This document shows positions 53,868-62,686 of a DNA stretch of 62,686 nt, in pieces. This stretch comes from Candidatus Falkowbacteria bacterium (GTDB lineage: Bacteria > Patescibacteriota > Patescibacteriia > UBA11705 > JABHMO01), in assembly GCA_016214755.1 (NCBI GenBank), contig JACRNX010000030.1, positions 1 to 62,686 of the forward strand, in the 5' to 3' direction. Position numbers and translations under genes: made by a program. The notes beneath the pieces were generated by a model that worked only from the letters and a program-made list of their open reading frames with translations, made no database searches and was not told the DNA's origin. The first letter of the stretch is position 1. Each line of letters starts with the position of its first letter.

Positions 53868-54950
53868 ATGCGTTGGTTTGTCGGAGTGATTATCGCAGTT
53901 GTCATCGCCGGAGCCGTGGCGGCGGCGAGTTATTTTATTTTTCACGAAGAAGTTGATTTTATCGTTGATAAAACATTGAAAACCGCTGGTTTGATTCCAT
54001 TCGGCGATTGGGCGCGCGGTCAGGAAAAGGAAGCGGAAATATTGAACGCCAAGGAAGCGCTGGAGTCGCGGATCAGCTTGCTGGCGGTCGGCGACATAAT
54101 GCTCTCGCGCGTCGTTGGCCAGAAAATGGTTGCGTACAAGGATTATCATTTTCCGTTTTTGAAAGTCCAGGATTTGATTGGCCAGGCGGACATCAGCTTC
54201 GGTAATTTGGAAAGCCCGATTATAAAAGGAGCGCCGGTTAAAACCGGCTCGTTCAATTTTCGCGCCGACCCGGAAGCGGCCGAGAGTTTGTCTTTCGCCG
54301 GCTTCGATGTGTTAAGTTTGGCGAACAATCATATTTTAAATCAAGGACAGGATGGACTGCAAAAAACGTTTTATTATCTAAAAGAACAAAAAATTGATTA
54401 TTGCGGCGCGGTGAACAATTCCGGCAAACTTCAATTCGATACGCTTCTGCCGACGATTAGAGAGGTCAAAGGCGCAAAGATTGGCTTTCTGTGTTACGGT
54501 TATGGTCCGGAAAATTACGCGGCCAAGCAAAAAAGCGCGGGCATTATCCTTATGGACGAAGAACAACTTGCTCGCGACATTCAAAATGCAAAAGAACAAA
54601 ATTTAGTTGATTTTCTGGTTGTCTCAATGCACGATGGCGTTGAATATCAAAAAGAGCCGTCTGCGCGTCAAAAATCGTTTGCCCATCGAGCGATTGATCT
54701 CGGCGCTGACCTTGTCGTCGGCCATCACGCGCATGTCGTTCAGGAAATCGAACAATATAAAGGCAAATACATTTTTTACGGTTTAGGCAATTTTGTTTTT
54801 GACCAGATGTGGTCCGAAGAAACGAGAAAGGGATTGGCGGTGAAGTTTATTATTAAAAAGGAATCGGCCGGCGTGTTTAAAGTTGAAACAGTTGAACAAT
54901 ATCCTGTCATAATCGAGGATTATGGCCAGCCAAGTTTAGTCAGAAAGTAG
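53868..54950 (+). CDS. CapA/PGA-capsule-synthesis-like metallophosphatase family protein
   Basis: TM anchor, then LLAVGDIMLSR, GNLESP, LSLANNH, VSMHDG, VGHHAHV. Confidence 0.85.
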   Translation: MRWFVGVIIAVVIAGAVAAASYFIFHEEVDFIVDKTLKTAGLIPFGDWARGQEKEAEILNAKEALESRISLLAVGDIMLSRVVGQKMVAYKDYHFPFLKVQDLIGQADISFGNLESPIIKGAPVKTGSFNFRADPEAAESLSFAGFDVLSLANNHILNQGQDGLQKTFYYLKEQKIDYCGAVNNSGKLQFDTLLPTIREVKGAKIGFLCYGYGPENYAAKQKSAGIILMDEEQLARDIQNAKEQNLVDFLVVSMHDGVEYQKEPSARQKSFAHRAIDLGADLVVGHHAHVVQEIEQYKGKYIFYGLGNFVFDQMWSEETRKGLAVKFIIKKESAGVFKVETVEQYPVIIEDYGQPSLVRK

Positions 54951-54981
54951 AAAATAGAAAGTAGAAAATAGAATTAATGAA

Positions 54982-55332
54982 ATGGGTACAAAATCATTTA
55001 AAGAATTAATTGTTTGGCAAAAGTCGCGAGATTTAGCAATTGCTGTTTATCAATTTACAGAAAAATTTCCACGTTCAGAATTATATGGATTGTCAAGTCA
55101 GATGAGACGAGCCGCTGTTTCAATTTCCTCGAATATCGCGGAAAGTTATCGCCGTTTTCATTTTAAAGAGAAAAGACATTTATTGACAATTGCTTTTGGT
55201 TCTGGTTCGGAGTTAGAAAGTCAAATTGAGATTTCGAAAATATTGTTCTCAAATATAGATTACGATCGCGCGGAGCGAACTTTAGACGAGGTAATGAAAC
55301 TCCTCAATAATTTTTTGAATAATAATAAATAA
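54982..55332 (+). CDS. Four-helix-bundle protein (23S rRNA intervening-sequence protein / Avd-like family)
   Basis: ..LIVWQKSRDLAIAVYQFTEKFP..QMRRAAVSISSNIAESYRRF..GSGSELESQIEISK.. is a canonical signature of the family. Confidence 0.88.
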   Translation: MGTKSFKELIVWQKSRDLAIAVYQFTEKFPRSELYGLSSQMRRAAVSISSNIAESYRRFHFKEKRHLLTIAFGSGSELESQIEISKILFSNIDYDRAERTLDEVMKLLNNFLNNNK

Positions 55333-55380
55333 AATTCTACATTCTACATTCTACATTCTATTTTCTATTTTCTAAATTCT

Positions 55381-56322
55381 ATGTTTATTAAACCAAAAGT
55401 ATTAGTCACCGGCGGCGCCGGGTTCATCGGCTCGCACCAAGTAGACGCGCTCATTGACGCCGATTATCGAGTGGCGGTGGTTGACAATTTGTCAACCGGC
55501 GATCGAAATAATTTGAATCCGCAGGCAGAATTTTACGAATTAGACATCCGTGAAAGCAAGCTGGCGGAAGTTTTTGAAAAAGAAAAGCCGGACTTTGTTT
55601 TTCATTTCGCAGGGCAAATCAGCGTCAATCAGTCGGTGGAAGACCCGGTTTACGACGCGGACGTCAACATCATCGGTTCGTTGAATCTGCTGGAGCAATG
55701 CGTGAAATATAAAGTCAAAAAAATTATTTTTTCTTCCACCGGCGGCGCGCTTTACGGTGAAGCGGACGTCGTGCCGACGGCAGAGGACTATCCCTGCCAG
55801 CCGATTTCACCGTATGGCATCGCTAAATTGTCGGTGGAAAACTATTTGCGATTTTATTTTGAACAATTCGGTTTGGCCTGCGGCATAATGCGCTACGCCA
55901 ATGTCTATGGCCCGCGCCAGAACTCAAAGGGCGAAGCCGGCGTGATCGCGATTTTCACGGAAAAAATGCTCAATCGTTTAACGCCAATCATCCACGGCGA
56001 CGGCCATCAAACGCGCGATTATGTTTTTGTCGAAGACGTCGTCAGCGCCAACATGGCGATGCTGGAAAGCGAGGCCGTGGATTTTTACAATGTTGGCACT
56101 AGCCGGCAGACGACGGTGAACGAGGTTTTTAATTTCATCAAAAAGGAATTAGCGTCGGACGCCGAGCCGCGCTATGACCCTAACGCGTTTGCCGGCCAGG
56201 CGGTCAGCTGTTTGAGTTTTGAAAAAATTCAGCGCGCGCTCGGCTGGCGGCCGCTCTTTGATGTTGAGGAAGGAATCAAGAAGACGGTGGAGTGGTTTAG
56301 GGATAAAGAAAATAGAAAATAG
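55381..56322 (+). CDS. NAD-dependent sugar epimerase/dehydratase (UDP-glucose 4-epimerase-like)
   Basis: VLVTGGAGFIGSH Rossmann motif and the catalytic SPYGIAKL (YxxxK). Confidence 0.88.
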   Translation: MFIKPKVLVTGGAGFIGSHQVDALIDADYRVAVVDNLSTGDRNNLNPQAEFYELDIRESKLAEVFEKEKPDFVFHFAGQISVNQSVEDPVYDADVNIIGSLNLLEQCVKYKVKKIIFSSTGGALYGEADVVPTAEDYPCQPISPYGIAKLSVENYLRFYFEQFGLACGIMRYANVYGPRQNSKGEAGVIAIFTEKMLNRLTPIIHGDGHQTRDYVFVEDVVSANMAMLESEAVDFYNVGTSRQTTVNEVFNFIKKELASDAEPRYDPNAFAGQAVSCLSFEKIQRALGWRPLFDVEEGIKKTVEWFRDKENRK

Positions 56323-56478
56323 AAAGTAGAAAGTAGAAAGGATAGGGTGAAAATTAATGGAGACATGGAATTACAGATAGGATGTGGCGTCAGATTTCGT
56401 GCGTTTAGTTTTCCCCTTTAGACTTGCCCTGAGTAAAATCGAAGGGATAAGGGGGAAAAAGGGGGTTATTCAAGGGTT

Positions 56479-57435
56479 ATGAAACGTGGAAGCAATAATT
56501 TTTTGCCAAAGGATAATTTTCGGCCACGCAAACGGTTGGGGCAGAATTTTTTGATTGATAAAAATATTTTGCGAAAAATTATGGCCGCCGCTCGTTTATC
56601 AGCCGCGGACAACGTGCTTGAAGTCGGCCCGGGAAAAGGCATTCTGACCGAAGAGCTCGTCAAAAAAGCGAAGCGGGTCGTGGCGGTGGAAAAAGATAAA
56701 AGATTGGCAGAAGAAATTCTAAACAAATCACAAATTCCAAATTACGAATTACGTCCTTCGAGGCTCGCCCCGCCAGAAGCGGGGCTCGCACCTCAGGATG
56801 ACAAGTGCGTTTTCTCTGTCACCCTGAGCCCATTCGACGGAGTTTATCCTGAGCGAAGTCGAAGGGCTCAGGGTAAACTCTGTCGAAGGGACGATTTACG
56901 AATTATCTGCGCCGACATCTTGAAGATTACGGCGGACGATTTGCGGGAATGGTTTAACGCTGAACCGTATAAAATCGTCGCCAATTTGCCGTACAATATC
57001 ACCAGCCGATTTCTACGGCAGTTTTTGGAAAGCGACTATCAGCCGAAAGAAATGATTTTAATGGTCCAAAAAGAAGTGGCTGAGCGCGTCGTCCAAAAGC
57101 CCGGGCAGATGAGCTTGTTGTCCGTGTCAGTGCAATTTTTTTGCGAACCGGAAATTTTGTTTTTTGTCTCAAAAAATTGTTTTCAGCCGGCGCCGAAAGT
57201 TGACAGCGCCGTCATTCGATTGAACAATATCCGGCGCGATAAGTTCGCGATTCCAGCGGATATTTTTTTCGCGGTGGTGAAAAAAGGGTTCAGCGCCAAG
57301 CGCAAGCAGTTGAAAAACAATCTTGGAGTGACCGCGACGGCATTAAGTCAGCTGGGGCTTAAGCCAACAGTCAGGCCGCAGGAGCTTTCAATGGGCGATT
57401 GGATTAAATTGGCGGAAAGAGGTGGTAGATTGTAG
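56479..57435 (+). CDS. rsmA: 16S rRNA (adenine1518/1519-N6)-dimethyltransferase RsmA/KsgA (with an in-frame repeat insertion)
   Basis: KRLGQNFL, VLEVGPGKGILTE, VAVEKD, ANLPYNITS. An extra block of about 60 aa lies between the SAM-binding strand and the ..IICADIL.. strand. Confidence 0.88.
   Translation: MKRGSNNFLPKDNFRPRKRLGQNFLIDKNILRKIMAAARLSAADNVLEVGPGKGILTEELVKKAKRVVAVEKDKRLAEEILNKSQIPNYELRPSRLAPPEAGLAPQDDKCVFSVTLSPFDGVYPERSRRAQGKLCRRDDLRIICADILKITADDLREWFNAEPYKIVANLPYNITSRFLRQFLESDYQPKEMILMVQKEVAERVVQKPGQMSLLSVSVQFFCEPEILFFVSKNCFQPAPKVDSAVIRLNNIRRDKFAIPADIFFAVVKKGFSAKRKQLKNNLGVTATALSQLGLKPTVRPQELSMGDWIKLAERGGRL
56728..56906 (+). repeat. About 180-nt composite REP-like insertion, in frame, inside rsmA
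   Basis: Contains a family-A unit (56755-56804, also at 42709-42758 and 58712-58761 rc) and a GTCACCCTGAGCC..GGCTCAGGGTAAAC palindrome. It is bounded by TTACGAATTA words on both sides. Confidence 0.75.
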
Positions 57436-57672
57436 GTGGTAGTGAGTAGGTGGTAGTCGCCCACCAATTTGTCAAAAGATCCTGAATCGAGTTCAGGATG
57501 ACAATTAGACATGCCCAAGATTTATTCACATCCCTTTGGTTATTTGCATTAAAAATGTTATAATGTATTCAGTAAAAAAACACGCTAAAATAAGCAAGCG
57601 ATGTCTGCATATTTTTCAAGACAATAAGTTTTGCGTTTTCACTTTCTACAACCTACTCACTACAACCTAAAT

Positions 57673-58572
57673 ATGCGCGAAGAAGATAAGAAGGAATTTC
57701 CAGCGGATGAACCTGAAATCCAGCCAGATGTTAATGTTGAAAAAGGATTCGGAGCCACGCGGTTCGCGCAAAGCAATCCAGTGGATGATTTTAATGTTTA
57801 TCAAAGAGAGAAAAGGAAACAAATAATCGCTTTAACCGGAGTGGCGGTGATTGGCATCGGAATAGTAATTATTGGATTTTGGCAATTAAAAAATAATTTG
57901 ACGCTGCCTTGGCCAGCCGCTCCCAAAGACAGCGGGACAGCTGTTTCCGCGAGCCAGGTAATCGAAAAGATGGATATCAGCGATGAAGATCCGGCGGTTT
58001 TGAAACAAAAGGATTCAGATGGAGATAAAATCAGCGACTTTGACGAATATTACATTTATGGCACCAGCGCTTATCTCGCTGATTCTGATTCAGATGGCGT
58101 CTCGGATTTTGACGAAATCCAAAATAGCGAAGACCCGAATTGCGAAAAAGGCAAGCAATGTTTTCGAACTGGAGAGTTCGTGGAAGCCGGCTTGAGCGAG
58201 GGGACGAAAACCGAAAGCAGTCCAAAAAGCAGTTTATTGAATATTGACGCTGACACTTTGCGGAAATTGTTAGCGCAGTCAGGCAAAATCAGCGAAGACC
58301 AGTTGAAAATAATCAGCGACGCGGATTTGATAGAGATGTACAAGCAAATGCTGGCGGAAAATCCGGATTTAGTGAAAAAGTTTGAGGCGCAGGCGAACGA
58401 GGATAAAAGTTCGGCGCCAACCGAGGGGAGCGTGACGATCGTGGATATAAAGAAAATGCTGTTGAGCCAAGGGATAAGCGAATCAGAATTAAACGCTTTC
58501 GGCGACGCGGAGTTGACGAAAATGTACCAAGCGGCTTTTGAAAAAGTTAAGACAGAAGAACAAAACAAATAA
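57673..58572 (+). CDS. TM protein with TSP3-like Ca-binding repeats
   Basis: Start MREEDKKEF. TM helix IIALTGVAVIGIGIVIIGFW, then DSDGDKISDFDE..DSDSDGVSDFDE. The upstream codons of the track ORF are word repeats. Confidence 0.8.
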   Translation: MREEDKKEFPADEPEIQPDVNVEKGFGATRFAQSNPVDDFNVYQREKRKQIIALTGVAVIGIGIVIIGFWQLKNNLTLPWPAAPKDSGTAVSASQVIEKMDISDEDPAVLKQKDSDGDKISDFDEYYIYGTSAYLADSDSDGVSDFDEIQNSEDPNCEKGKQCFRTGEFVEAGLSEGTKTESSPKSSLLNIDADTLRKLLAQSGKISEDQLKIISDADLIEMYKQMLAENPDLVKKFEAQANEDKSSAPTEGSVTIVDIKKMLLSQGISESELNAFGDAELTKMYQAAFEKVKTEEQNK

Positions 58573-58778
58573 TGTTTTGTCATGCTTCGAGAGCCTCAGC
58601 ATGACAAGCATCCTCGGCGTGACAGAATCTTCGCGTGAAGAAAGTCGCCCCTCTGTGTCACCCTGAGGCTCTCGAAGGGTGACATTGGGTGACATTTGGA
58701 AAACGTCCTCATGTCATCCTGAGGTGCGAGTCCCGACGAAAGTCAGAGCGAGCCTCGAAGGATGACGAAGAGAATATT
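58573..58778. repeat. Tandem array of three or more REP-like palindromes
   Basis: GTCATGCTTCGAGAGCCTCAGCATGAC (58579-58605, also at 27644-27670 and 43219-43245); GTCACCCTGAGGCTCTCGAAGGGTGAC; and the family-A unit at 58712-58761 in reverse orientation. Confidence 0.8.
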
Positions 58779-61700
58779 ATGATTATGTTTAAAACAAGTA
58801 AAACAGAAAAAAATAAAAAAGTGATTACGATTTTAATAGTGTTGTTTTTTATTTTGCAAACAGCGAATCCGATTTTGTGGATGCCGAAAGAGGCGGTGGC
58901 GATAATGGCGGTAGAGGACGTGCCAGTGTTAGGAGCAATAACTGGCACTGCTGTTAGCGAGAAAGGCGAAAGGACAGCAAAAGAAGTAAAAGAATCAGTG
59001 TTCGATAAAATTTTCAAGGGAATGGTGTTAACCGCGGCGGTTACTTTGAGAAACACCTTGATCATGATGTCAAAGCGCGCGGCCGAGCAGACCGTTACTT
59101 ACATTTCCACCGGCAGTTGGGGGCAGGGCGCGATGTTTTGGACTGAAGCGTGGGGCACGTTCAAGGAAAATTTAACTTATTATATCATCGGCCAGTTTTT
59201 GGATAATTTGAACGCTATGTTCGGCATTGACATCTGCCAGCCGGGCACGCCGGAATTTGAATTTGGTTTAAAATTAGGATTGCAATTCGCCTGGCTTGAA
59301 GACCCCCAGCTTGATAAACTAAAAAAGCCGAACTGCGATTTGCAGAAATTATCGCACAATTGGGGCGCGCTTGTTGACGGCATCAGGAAGAAATATGAGG
59401 CGGTTATCGGTTTCGCCAAAGCCGACCCTTATCATCAAGCGTATATGTCGGTCGCGGTTTTGAATGAGGTCTTTGATGTTTCTTATTCAAGAGAAAAAAG
59501 CGGCATTGGCATGAAGCTGACAGTTGAGGATAAAGCGGCCGAAGAGATAAGGAAAAAACAGGAAGCAGAGGCTAAACAGCGGGAGGAAAATCAGGGAGCC
59601 AAGGGAATAACATCGCCGGGCAGAGAATATATTAAAACGCCGTCCTGGCTCACCAAAAGCCATTCAGAATCAGAATTAGAAGCAGCAAAGTCAACCCCGA
59701 AAGAGGAACTCAGCCCAGCTGGCGATGTCATGGCATCAGTTCCTGGTTCTATAGCAGTAGCGTTTTTGAACACCTTTGTCTCAAAAATGTGGACTGATTA
59801 TATTTTAAAGAAATTTTTTGAAAAGGGCTTAGTCAATCCAACGGCCTCGTATAATCCGCTTCAAAAAACATTTGACACCAAAGAAAATCTGCAGAAAGAG
59901 TTTGCCATGCAGACGATTAATCTTGCTTTTACCCAAAAGCAGATTGACCTTTTGTCTGAATATTCGACTTGTCCCGAGTTCCGCGGATTGAACAATTGCG
60001 TGATGGATAATTCATTCGCCGAGGCAGTGCGCCGCGCCACGCAAGACAAGCCGCTTACAGTCCAAGGGGCGATTGACGCTAAATTATTGAAAGGCGATTT
60101 GCCGTTTATCGGCGTAAACGATGACCGCAACAAAGATGATGATTGTTATACAATCGGTTATTGTTATTCCAACTTAGTCAAACTCCGCCGGGCGCGCATT
60201 ATTCCGATTGGCTGGGAAATCGCGGCGAACTTGGTTGAGCCCGGCATGAATAAAAATTTGAATGATTTAATTAACGATTTTAGTGCAGCATCCAGTCCAT
60301 TTTATAAATTGGTTGACCCGAATTGGGTACTGCGCTATCCGGAGACGCAGTGCAAGGCAACGGTTAGCGGGCAGCTTTTAATCGGCAGCGGCGCGGACGA
60401 GCGTTCGGAAGCGTGCGTGGATATGACGAGTTGCGTCAAGACCAATGAAGACGGCTCTTGCGCCGCGACAGGTTATTGCGCGGCCGAGCGCAATGTGTTC
60501 CGCTTCGGCGGCAAGCAGTGCAACGGCGCGTATGATTCTTGCCGCACGCTTCAGACGCGGACAGGGAAGACAGCCAGTTATTTGATGAACACAGTTGATT
60601 CCGGCGTTTGCAATGCGGATAATGTTGGTTGCAAGTGGTACAGCACGTTAAAAAATATTAGTGCAGGAACATTGGTATCGTCAGAACTGTGGTCAAGCGC
60701 GGACGCGGATAAAATTTATTTGAATAAAAAAATTGAAGACCAAGAATGTTCGCCTAAATCAGATGGCTGTACGCGGTTTATCCGCACCAAAGCCGGCATG
60801 GGCACGAATTTGATTCCTAATGGTGGATTTGAAATTAATGATGGCAAGGACGATAGTTTGGCGAATAGTACGTCGCAAAATGTCCCTGGCTGGGGGAATC
60901 AAAAATTAACGAACGACGCGTTCAGCGGCAAGGCAGGGTTGCTGTTAGTGAGTAATGAAAAAGCGGAACAATCAGTACAGATTGCACCTGCGAAATATAA
61001 ACGTTTTTTCACGTTAAGTGGAAAGATAAAGCCAATGGAATTAGGGGAAGGCGCGACAATAAATCTTTCGTCTGATGTAACAGGAACATTGGTACAAAAG
61101 AGCCAAATGCCAGTAGCCGCAGATATTATGAATAAACAAGATGAATGGGTGGAAATTAAACGTACTTATGAATTAATGCCTCTTGCCGGCGCAAGTGATA
61201 TTACTGATAGTACGAAATTTGCAACTTCTTTTACAATTCAAATCGAACCAAATAAAAAAGTAATAGTTGACGAATTAATGCTTGAAGAAATTGACGAGCC
61301 GACGCTGGAGGCGAGCCATAGTTATGTTGATTACGCGACAAAAAATGATGTGCATTTGAAAAAAGCGCCTGATTATTTAAAATGTTATAATGTACATACC
61401 ATAGCAACGCCTCCTAATCAACCAATGCCGGATTTAACTTTATACGGCAAACCAAAAATTAGCGCGCAAATTACGATAGGTGATGATGTCGTCAGCACAG
61501 ACAAGTTAAGCGGTTGTGATAAATACGCGAAATTGTGTTCAGCCGAGGAAGTCGGTTGTGAGGCATACAAGCCGACTGATGGCGGCGCGACCATGAACGG
61601 CATCGCGTCGTATTATGATTATTGCCCGAAAGAGTGCGCCGGCTACAATGCGTTCAGTATGTCGGAAACCTATTTTGAAGATGGCGAATTCCCGAAATTT

Positions 61701-62686
61701 TTAATTCCGTCCACAGCTAAGAAATGCAATGCCGCGAACGCCGGCTGTGATGAATTTACCAATTTGGATGTTTTAGCCGCGGGCGGTGAGGCGAAAGAAT
61801 ATTACAAAGAATTGCGGCATTGCGCCAAATTGCCGGAAAAGCAAAGCAGTTGCTCGACTTTTTACACTTGGGAGGGCTCGGAGGTTACGGGCTATCAATT
61901 GCAGTCGCATAATTTGCAAAAAGCGGCTGACGGTAGTCCTGATATCGTCAATCCGACGAGTAATGCGTCTGCCTGCGATAAAAATATTTTTAACGCCAAA
62001 ACCAATCCTGATTGCCGGCAGTTCTATGATAAAGACGGCAAGGTTTTCTATAAATTATATTCAAAAACCATATTCTGTTCGGCTGACTGTCATCCATTCC
62101 GGCGCACGTTGAAATACACAGGACAAATTGACGCGCAAAATATAGCAGAATGCACTGGCCGCAATGGCGAGTGGAAATCCGGCGAATGCGTTTTTTGGGC
62201 CATTCAAAATCAGGGCGTAAAATGTTCGGCCGAGAACAATGCCTGCCGCGAGTACCGCGGCAATCAGGCGGGCATTGAGTTTGAAGTGGAGAATTATACT
62301 TTTTCCGCGGGCACTGATTCTGATTTATCAGAATTGCAAGCGTCAAAGTCAACATTGAAAACATCCCCAGAATACGGGCAATATCTTAATGTCTCTAAAG
62401 GCAATAGTTCTTATATATATTTGGCGACCAAACCGGATAAAGTAATTTTTGGAGCAGCGGATTATAATGTTTCTTTTTGGATAAAGCAAGCAAGTTCAGC
62501 GGGTAATTTTGGTGTCGGCTTGAAGGCAGATGCTGCGGACGCGGCGAGCGCTCAAATAATGATTACTGACAATAATGTAAATCTATCTACCGAATGGAAA
62601 TTCCATACTTTTCAAATAATTGCTAATTCGTTTGTAGATTTTTCAAACAAGTCCTCGCTAACGCCATCATTGGTGGTTTCATCCAC
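58779..62686 (+). CDS. Large (>1302 aa, 3'-truncated by the window) secreted/anchored Cys-rich protein with CBM4_9-like jelly-roll segments
   Basis: Hand translation gives MIMFKTSKTEKNKKVITILIVLFFILQTANPILW.., open to the window end, so it is missing from the ORF track. It has paired-Cys modules (..CDKYAKLCSAEEVGCEAY.., ..CNAANAGCDEF..) and NLIPNGGFE..GW.. segments. Minus-strand track ORFs here are shadows. Confidence 0.8.
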   Translation, partial: MIMFKTSKTEKNKKVITILIVLFFILQTANPILWMPKEAVAIMAVEDVPVLGAITGTAVSEKGERTAKEVKESVFDKIFKGMVLTAAVTLRNTLIMMSKRAAEQTVTYISTGSWGQGAMFWTEAWGTFKENLTYYIIGQFLDNLNAMFGIDICQPGTPEFEFGLKLGLQFAWLEDPQLDKLKKPNCDLQKLSHNWGALVDGIRKKYEAVIGFAKADPYHQAYMSVAVLNEVFDVSYSREKSGIGMKLTVEDKAAEEIRKKQEAEAKQREENQGAKGITSPGREYIKTPSWLTKSHSESELEAAKSTPKEELSPAGDVMASVPGSIAVAFLNTFVSKMWTDYILKKFFEKGLVNPTASYNPLQKTFDTKENLQKEFAMQTINLAFTQKQIDLLSEYSTCPEFRGLNNCVMDNSFAEAVRRATQDKPLTVQGAIDAKLLKGDLPFIGVNDDRNKDDDCYTIGYCYSNLVKLRRARIIPIGWEIAANLVEPGMNKNLNDLINDFSAASSPFYKLVDPNWVLRYPETQCKATVSGQLLIGSGADERSEACVDMTSCVKTNEDGSCAATGYCAAERNVFRFGGKQCNGAYDSCRTLQTRTGKTASYLMNTVDSGVCNADNVGCKWYSTLKNISAGTLVSSELWSSADADKIYLNKKIEDQECSPKSDGCTRFIRTKAGMGTNLIPNGGFEINDGKDDSLANSTSQNVPGWGNQKLTNDAFSGKAGLLLVSNEKAEQSVQIAPAKYKRFFTLSGKIKPMELGEGATINLSSDVTGTLVQKSQMPVAADIMNKQDEWVEIKRTYELMPLAGASDITDSTKFATSFTIQIEPNKKVIVDELMLEEIDEPTLEASHSYVDYATKNDVHLKKAPDYLKCYNVHTIATPPNQPMPDLTLYGKPKISAQITIGDDVVSTDKLSGCDKYAKLCSAEEVGCEAYKPTDGGATMNGIASYYDYCPKECAGYNAFSMSETYFEDGEFPKFLIPSTAKKCNAANAGCDEFTNLDVLAAGGEAKEYYKELRHCAKLPEKQSSCSTFYTWEGSEVTGYQLQSHNLQKAADGSPDIVNPTSNASACDKNIFNAKTNPDCRQFYDKDGKVFYKLYSKTIFCSADCHPFRRTLKYTGQIDAQNIAECTGRNGEWKSGECVFWAIQNQGVKCSAENNACREYRGNQAGIEFEVENYTFSAGTDSDLSELQASKSTLKTSPEYGQYLNVSKGNSSYIYLATKPDKVIFGAADYNVSFWIKQASSAGNFGVGLKADAADAASAQIMITDNNVNLSTEWKFHTFQIIANSFVDFSNKSSLTPSLVVSS

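Overview
This 62.7-kb chromosomal window reads like a small-genome bacterium, probably of the CPR/Patescibacteria type (inferred from gene content and architecture). The genetic code is standard: UGA terminates ORFs and an unframeshifted RF2 is present.

Housekeeping backbone: tRNA-Leu(CAA), parA/parB, two tandem RelA/SpoT homologues, topA, dprA, pth, der, an LCP-family protein, lepB, hisS, rpsU, a GatB/YqeY protein, ybeY, dgkA, ftsA/ftsZ, a HAD hydrolase, nrdD/nrdG, an HtrA-type protease, prfB, a CapA-like protein, an NAD-dependent sugar epimerase and rsmA.

Accessory content:
- A 3-gene operon at the left edge (a repeat-laden wHTH-like protein, a coiled-coil protein, a double-ZAS zinc-finger protein) behind an iteron-like repeat array.
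- An SPFH operon.
- A cell-surface set: proteins of 956, 701 and 2969 aa that all carry the same TrbC/VirB2-like two-helix membrane domain fused to large Cys-rich/Ig-like ectodomains; three small TM plus thrombospondin-type-3 Ca-repeat proteins; and a >1300-aa open-ended ORF at the right edge that the ORF track misses.

The most unusual layer is non-genic. Almost every gene boundary holds a long hairpin built from short family-specific words, and several REP-like palindrome families recur. These elements have entered coding sequence in frame (rsmA, der, the first ORF, and the start of the 701-aa gene). Two four-helix-bundle (23S-IVS/Avd-like) genes sit as exact-fit cassettes inside such inverted arms. 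An internally deleted copy of that cassette splits nrdD between its zinc ribbon and its glycyl-radical loop, leaving the radical domain on a separate 48-codon ORF in the same frame.

No CRISPR array, rRNA, transposase or integrase was seen.
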